Part shown: one piece after another, positions 59,383-64,000 of the stretch
How the letters are laid out: each line of letters begins with the position of its first letter
Numbering within the stretch: position 1 is the stretch's first letter
DNA from: Marinomonas sp.
GTDB taxonomy: Bacteria > Pseudomonadota > Gammaproteobacteria > Pseudomonadales > Marinomonadaceae
DNA length: 64,000 nucleotides
Assembly (NCBI GenBank): GCA_039940335.1
Contig: JBDVGW010000008.1
Strand: one strand, 5' to 3'
Program-made: the position numbers and the translations under genes
Notes under the pieces: model-generated
The model's input: the letters and a program-made list of their open reading frames with translations, nothing else
Databases searched by the model: none
Told to the model about the DNA's origin: nothing

Positions 59383-60332
59383 TCGCTAATTACTCCGCCT
59401 TGTTGCACCCAGCTTGAGAACCATGTTTTAAACAAATGATACTGTGTTTCACAATACCGACGCTGCTCTTCATTTAGCTCATCGGTTTCATTAAAATGCA
59501 AACGATATTCATTTTCACCATTTAATACTAATAAATACTTAAAGAACAAGACCAGTTCAGGACCTTCATCAAAGCTCGCCAACACCGCCATGGCTTCTTC
59601 TAACTCTTGCGCTCGTACTCTTGCCTCAACATTCCCAGCGGCCGCCATTTTTGCTAATTGGATAAGTAACAGCACCTCTTTAGGGAGTGCGGTACCAATC
59701 CCGGTAATAGCGCCTGTCGCACCACAGTTCACCACACCGTGATAAACCCGAGTATCAACCCCCACCATAAGCAGCACATCTTCTTCTTTTGAAGTGATGT
59801 TTTCAGCCGCATAACGCATCGCTTCTTTACTACCAAACTCTTTGAAACCTATAAGGTTTTTATGTTCCTCACGAAGCGCAAAGAACACATCTGCACGGGT
59901 CTCAAAGCCGTACACTGGGCTATTATAAATGATCGCTGGTAACGAGGGTGCCGCTGACAAAATCGCCTTAAAGTGGTTCTTTTGGGCCGCAATAACAGAG
60001 CCTCGTGACAGTACTCGGGGAATGACCATTAAACCTGCAGCGCCCACTTTTTCAGCATGGGCCGCTAGAGCCACGGCAGACTTGGTATTGATAGCCCCCG
60101 TTCCCACCAAAACAGGAATCCCCGCGTTGACTAGACGCTCCACGCCCTCCATTCGCTCTTCATCTGTCAAAAGTGGCCAATCTCCCATGGAGCCACAATA
60201 AACCACACCGGACATACCAGCTTCCATCATTTGTAAGCCCTTACTCACTAAGCCATCAAAATCTGGTGTGCGGTCTGCTTTACAAGGTGTCATTAGAGCT
60301 GGAATTGCACCGTAAAATATATCCTTGTTCAT
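59370..60332 (-). CDS. lhpC: DapA-like pyrroline-4-hydroxy-2-carboxylate deaminase
   Basis: 'GAIPALMTP', 'CGSMGDW', 'YNSP', Schiff-base Lys in 'GFKEFG', 'GVDT'. Confidence 0.82.
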   Translation of the reverse strand: MNKDIFYGAIPALMTPCKADRTPDFDGLVSKGLQMMEAGMSGVVYCGSMGDWPLLTDEERMEGVERLVNAGIPVLVGTGAINTKSAVALAAHAEKVGAAGLMVIPRVLSRGSVIAAQKNHFKAILSAAPSLPAIIYNSPVYGFETRADVFFALREEHKNLIGFKEFGSKEAMRYAAENITSKEEDVLLMVGVDTRVYHGVVNCGATGAITGIGTALPKEVLLLIQLAKMAAAGNVEARVRAQELEEAMAVLASFDEGPELVLFFKYLLVLNGENEYRLHFNETDELNEEQRRYCETQYHLFKTWFSSWVQQGGVISECLS

Positions 60333-60462
60333 ATTATTACCCTTACATATTCATTAAGTTGGTTGCTACTGTTGATTAACAATATGAGCCAGCTTCACAG
60401 GCCAGAGACTACCCTGCGATACTTAAAAGCACTCAATTATGATGATTCATTAATTTTTTAGG

Positions 60463-60500
60463 ATATTGGATACAATATATTTAAGCTTTAATTTCGTCAA
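60463..60500 (-). promoter_or_regulatory. Sigma-70 promoter of the lhp operon overlapped by a GntR-type dyad
   Basis: Minus strand TTGACG (60500-60495)-N17-TATTGT (60477-60472); dyad ATATTG-GATA-CAATAT 60463-60478. Confidence 0.6.
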
Positions 60501-60795
60501 CTCAGAACTCGAATTAAAACAGCAATCGCAGAAACACCTCATTGGCACAAAAGCCTAACCCTGATCATTCGTTTTATGCAGAGCGCTTATTTATTAACAC
60601 TATAATAAGCAGTCTCGAGAAAGAAGAAGTGAAGAAAGCGATGGAGGCGATCATAGAGCGCTAAAAAACGGCTTCCATGCTAATTTGGAAGGCAATGTCT
60701 AAAGGGCTCGCTGCTTGAAAACAGTGAATGTGTTTCAAAAATGGATAGTATGGAATGTGGAGCACGCCAGTAAAAAGGCCTGACTGGCGACCAGG

Positions 60796-61266
60796 TTATT
60801 GTACAGAAAGTTGCTTGTCAGTGACCGAGATATAGACGATTACGGTATTTTTGCTGCGGTAATACTCAAAATCCACATCAAATGCTCGATCGTACTTACA
60901 ATCCGGTTGCTCAAAATAACGCCAGATACTATGCCAGACATCCATTACGACATTTGGCATTTCACCATGACCAGAGAAGACCAAATATTTGCCTTCAGGT
61001 ATCGTCATTTTACTTAAAGGTTGTCTCTCTTCGATGTAGTGCGTATCTGTTCCCACAAAAACAGAGTAGTCTCCTTGAAGACCATTTTGATAATGATGAT
61101 ATACACCATATAAACGCGCTCCTTGTGAGTAATCCACATTAACGCTATCAATAAAGGAGTAATGCAACGCTTCAATAGTGTCACTTTGATTTTGTAAAGC
61201 GGGCTTATTTTCTATTCGCTTAAGTATTCCTGATAACTGCTTTTCTTTACGTCGAACCAAAATCAT
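60796..61266 (-). CDS. GyrI-like/AraC effector-binding domain protein
   Basis: 'LYGVYHHY', 'IPEGKYLVF…GEMP..V..VW..IW', 'RAFDVDFEYY'. Confidence 0.82.
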   Translation of the reverse strand: MILVRRKEKQLSGILKRIENKPALQNQSDTIEALHYSFIDSVNVDYSQGARLYGVYHHYQNGLQGDYSVFVGTDTHYIEERQPLSKMTIPEGKYLVFSGHGEMPNVVMDVWHSIWRYFEQPDCKYDRAFDVDFEYYRSKNTVIVYISVTDKQLSVQ

Positions 61267-61361
61267 GACATTACTGCTCCGCTACGAGGGATTGTTATTA
61301 GCAAAACTCAACAATACAGAAACTCTCTATTTTTAAGCTGCGCTGACTTTACTAGATGGCT

Positions 61362-62234
61362 CTATTTTAAACATTGCTCCGCTGCTTTCAGTACCGTTTT
61401 AACACGATTTGTTAACACTTTATTGAGATACGTTGCTGAGTAAATCGGTTCGTAAACTTTTGTATCTAACTGATGTATGCATAATTTTTCCAACCCCACA
61501 TAGGCCTCTACAGCATGGCGAGGTAGCACACTAAAACCCAAGCCTAAGGACACAGGTTCTAAGATCAAACTAATTTGGTTGCAAAAACCACTGTGATGAA
61601 ATGCTTGATCTTGCTCATACTCAGAAAAATTAACCCCTAACAAGAGTGCTGCATGATGAGCCCCATCTGGATGATCAATAAAGCCTAAACGTTGTAAATC
61701 TTGCCAATGTACTTGCGGTGTTTGTTTCCCTGTGACCAGCAATAGCTCTTCTTGAGCTAAAGGCTGAATCTGTACATCTCGTCGAGAGGGTCGACACGTC
61801 ATAAAACCTAGATCCACCTTGTTATCCGCAATTAAGCGTTCGACTTCATGATTCGGGGCAAATCGATAGTCTATGATCAGCTGCGGATGCTTCTGCTGTA
61901 AATTAAGCAATTGTTTGTAGAGCTTTAGCCCAATACTCCCAGGGGAAACAATCCGCACAACGCCCTCATATTCCGGGTCGTTACCCACCTGCACTTCTAA
62001 CTCAGATAAGGCTTTAAGAATTGATAGGGATTCTCGATATAAGCGCTCACCAGCTTCCGTCAAGGTAAACTGCTTGCCTTGTCTAATCAGCAATGGCGTA
62101 ACCAATTGGCTTTCCAGCTTATGTATATGCTGACTCACCCCAGACTGAGTCATGAATAATCGCTCTGCAGTTCGAGTAAAATGCCCCGTTTCCACCAAAG
62201 TACAAAAGCTACGTAAGAAAACCGGATTAATCAT
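61362..62234 (-). CDS. LysR-family regulator
   Basis: 'HFTRTAERLFMTQSGVSQHIHKLE'; divergent from the VOC gene. Confidence 0.92.
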   Translation of the reverse strand: MINPVFLRSFCTLVETGHFTRTAERLFMTQSGVSQHIHKLESQLVTPLLIRQGKQFTLTEAGERLYRESLSILKALSELEVQVGNDPEYEGVVRIVSPGSIGLKLYKQLLNLQQKHPQLIIDYRFAPNHEVERLIADNKVDLGFMTCRPSRRDVQIQPLAQEELLLVTGKQTPQVHWQDLQRLGFIDHPDGAHHAALLLGVNFSEYEQDQAFHHSGFCNQISLILEPVSLGLGFSVLPRHAVEAYVGLEKLCIHQLDTKVYEPIYSATYLNKVLTNRVKTVLKAAEQCLK

Positions 62235-62334
62235 TACAAAAAATACTCATTATTATGATATTTGATAATTTTACTCAATTTATAGCCACTTGTAACCTAG
62301 CTCTATATTCAACAACGAACAAAGGAGTTAGAGC

Positions 62335-62835
62335 ATGAGTTCAGCTTACCCTAGAAGCTTTTCACACATTGGTATTTCAGTACCGGATCTAGAAGCCGCT
62401 GTTAAGTTCTACACAGAGGTAATGGGCTGGTACTTGATCATGGAGCCCACTGAAATAGTCGAAGACGACAGTGCGATTGGGGAAATGTGTACGGATGTTT
62501 TTGGTGCAAACTGGCAAAAATTTCGCATCGCTCACTTGTCTACCGGCGATCGAATTGGTGTCGAAATTTTTGAATTTAAAAACCAAGAAAATCCTGAAAA
62601 CAACTTTGAATACTGGAAAACCGGCATTTTCCATTTTTGTGTTCAAGACCCTAATGTAGAAGAATTAGCGGACCGTATCGTTGCCGCTGGCGGTAAAAAG
62701 CGCATGGCTGAGCCTCGTTACTACTACCCAGGCGAAAAACCTTACCGCATGATTTATATGGAAGACCCATTTGGCAATATCTTAGAAGTTTATAGCCACA
62801 GCTATGAGCTGATATACAGCGCTGGCGCTTACTAA
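62335..62835 (+). CDS. VOC/glyoxalase-family protein (marine lactoylglutathione-lyase-like)
   Basis: 'FSHIGISVPDL..AV.FY', 'VEIFEF', 'HFCVQD', 'EDPFGNILE'. Confidence 0.88.
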   Translation: MSSAYPRSFSHIGISVPDLEAAVKFYTEVMGWYLIMEPTEIVEDDSAIGEMCTDVFGANWQKFRIAHLSTGDRIGVEIFEFKNQENPENNFEYWKTGIFHFCVQDPNVEELADRIVAAGGKKRMAEPRYYYPGEKPYRMIYMEDPFGNILEVYSHSYELIYSAGAY

Positions 62836-62846
62836 GCCCCTAAAGC

Positions 62847-62877
62847 AAAAGACCCGCTAAGTTAGCGGGTCTTTTTT
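62847..62877. terminator. Bidirectional terminator
   Basis: aaaagacccgctaa-g-ttagcgggtcttttt. Confidence 0.82.
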
Positions 62878-62900
62878 ATCTTACCTAATGCAAAATTCGA

Positions 62901-63641
62901 TTAACCTTGATTAAACGCGCTCACGAATGCACGAATTCGAGCCGCATTCACACCTCGGTCACTCCGGCCAATACGAGAAACACTGCGAATATCGACTCGC
63001 ACCTGATTTTCAGTTGGCGAAACCACCACTACCACATCATCAACGAATTGGTACAGTGACGTTTTAGCACTGGCCTCAAAGCGATAAGCTTGCGAATCTT
63101 CAGCCACAATTGTCCAATTCATATCTTTGGCGACCGACAAGGCTTTTTGGAAGGCTTGCTCTGGGGTGGTAGACGCCATAATTGGCCCGATATCTGGGTA
63201 AGCCTGATGCTGCATGGCCGCCACTTCTGGACCACTATACGCCAAACTGTTGCGCGCACCTTCACGAGTGTCATCTAGCACTAAAAATTCTGGCGGTGTT
63301 TGGGTATTAGTGGTGATGTCATGAATTGGTGGCACTCTTGGTGGTGGCGAAATAGTCGCTATGATCATTGGTAGTAGAAGCCCTACCCCCATTAGAGCTG
63401 CCAGTATTGTTTTCACCATGCCTTTTCGGTTGGCAGCAAACAAATGGTAAAGCCCCCCTAGCGCACCTAAAGCCAGCACAGCATAACCCAATGGGTTCAT
63501 ATATTGGCGAACCAAGCCAAAACCTACAATTGGTAACCATAAATTAAATCGAGCGCCAAGCATCATGATTGCCACGGCAATTACCGCCAGCACAGCCACC
63601 AGCAAAATAATATTTCCTATTTGAGCGCGTAAACTTTCCAT
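62901..63641 (-). CDS. DUF1499-family membrane-anchored protein
   Basis: Three N-terminal TM segments; 'PPIHDITT', 'FVDDVVV', 'DIRSVSRIGRSDRGVNAARI'. Confidence 0.85.
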   Translation of the reverse strand: MESLRAQIGNIILLVAVLAVIAVAIMMLGARFNLWLPIVGFGLVRQYMNPLGYAVLALGALGGLYHLFAANRKGMVKTILAALMGVGLLLPMIIATISPPPRVPPIHDITTNTQTPPEFLVLDDTREGARNSLAYSGPEVAAMQHQAYPDIGPIMASTTPEQAFQKALSVAKDMNWTIVAEDSQAYRFEASAKTSLYQFVDDVVVVVSPTENQVRVDIRSVSRIGRSDRGVNAARIRAFVSAFNQG

Positions 63642-63739
63642 GAGGTCTTCCTACCAAATTTCAGTTCATTGAGATAAAAATCAGTTCAATGCATGATATA
63701 CGCTGATGTATGAAGATTGACAAAACAATCTCAGATTTT

Positions 63740-64000
63740 TTATTTCCCATGAGCTTTTTGTTTTCTATTTACCAATATAACACCAATAAATATTAGACAC
63801 ACGGCAAGGTAATCGGTCAATTTAATGGCTTCACCCACTAACAAAACCCCAATGGCTAACGCCACAACAGGGGGAATATAGGTAACAGATGAGGCGGCTA
63901 CCGCACCAAGCTGCTCAATCAAATAATAGTAAATAAGATAAGCTAAGCCTGTGCCTAAAACCCCTAGACCTATGATTGCTCCTAACGCTACATGAGTCGA
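63740..64000 (-). CDS. DMT/EamA transporter, 3' end (gene starts beyond the window)
   Basis: Frame is open to base 64000: 'GLGVLGTGLAYLIYYYLIEQLGAVAASSVTYIPPVVAL'. Confidence 0.85.
   Translation of the reverse strand, partial: STHVALGAIIGLGVLGTGLAYLIYYYLIEQLGAVAASSVTYIPPVVALAIGVLLVGEAIKLTDYLAVCLIFIGVILVNRKQKAHGK

Noticed and set aside
60500-60795. sRNA or small gene in the long lhpC-GyrI gap
   Set aside because: Only short weak hairpins and very short ORFs without a convincing RBS; nothing supportable

Overview
A 64-kb, AT-rich chromosomal segment of a marine gammaproteobacterium. Marinomonas-like is an inference from gene content, not a database result. I saw no tRNA, rRNA, CRISPR array, IS or prophage. 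Known modules, left to right: end of modBC; two Cache-domain sensors (a diguanylate cyclase and a chemoreceptor); the glyoxylate shunt (aceA, glcB) with a divergent RamB/ScfR-like regulator; a LysR-linked TRAP + DUF2848 + amidase catabolic unit; urtABCDE-ureDABCEFGJ; a CHASE-GGDEF-EAL protein; ectABC-ask; a light-response cluster (CarH/LitR-like MerR, renalase-like oxidoreductase, YbgA/RudS-type protein, photolyase); a CosR-like MarR with proXWV; dapB; pomAB; xseB-ispA-dxs; a GntR-linked hydroxyproline catabolic cluster; and small accessory genes. The best candidates for something undescribed are (1) the TRAP/FAH-fold/amidase pathway of unknown substrate, (2) a 39-codon His-rich lipopeptide ORF missing from the ORF track, next to a zincin-like protein whose metal motif is erased, and (3) regulatory architecture readable directly from the DNA: CosR-type boxes at three osmolyte loci, a TGTACA array, an RBS-sequestering hairpin and a nested hairpin before urtA. 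All assignments come from motif recognition by eye; no searches were run.
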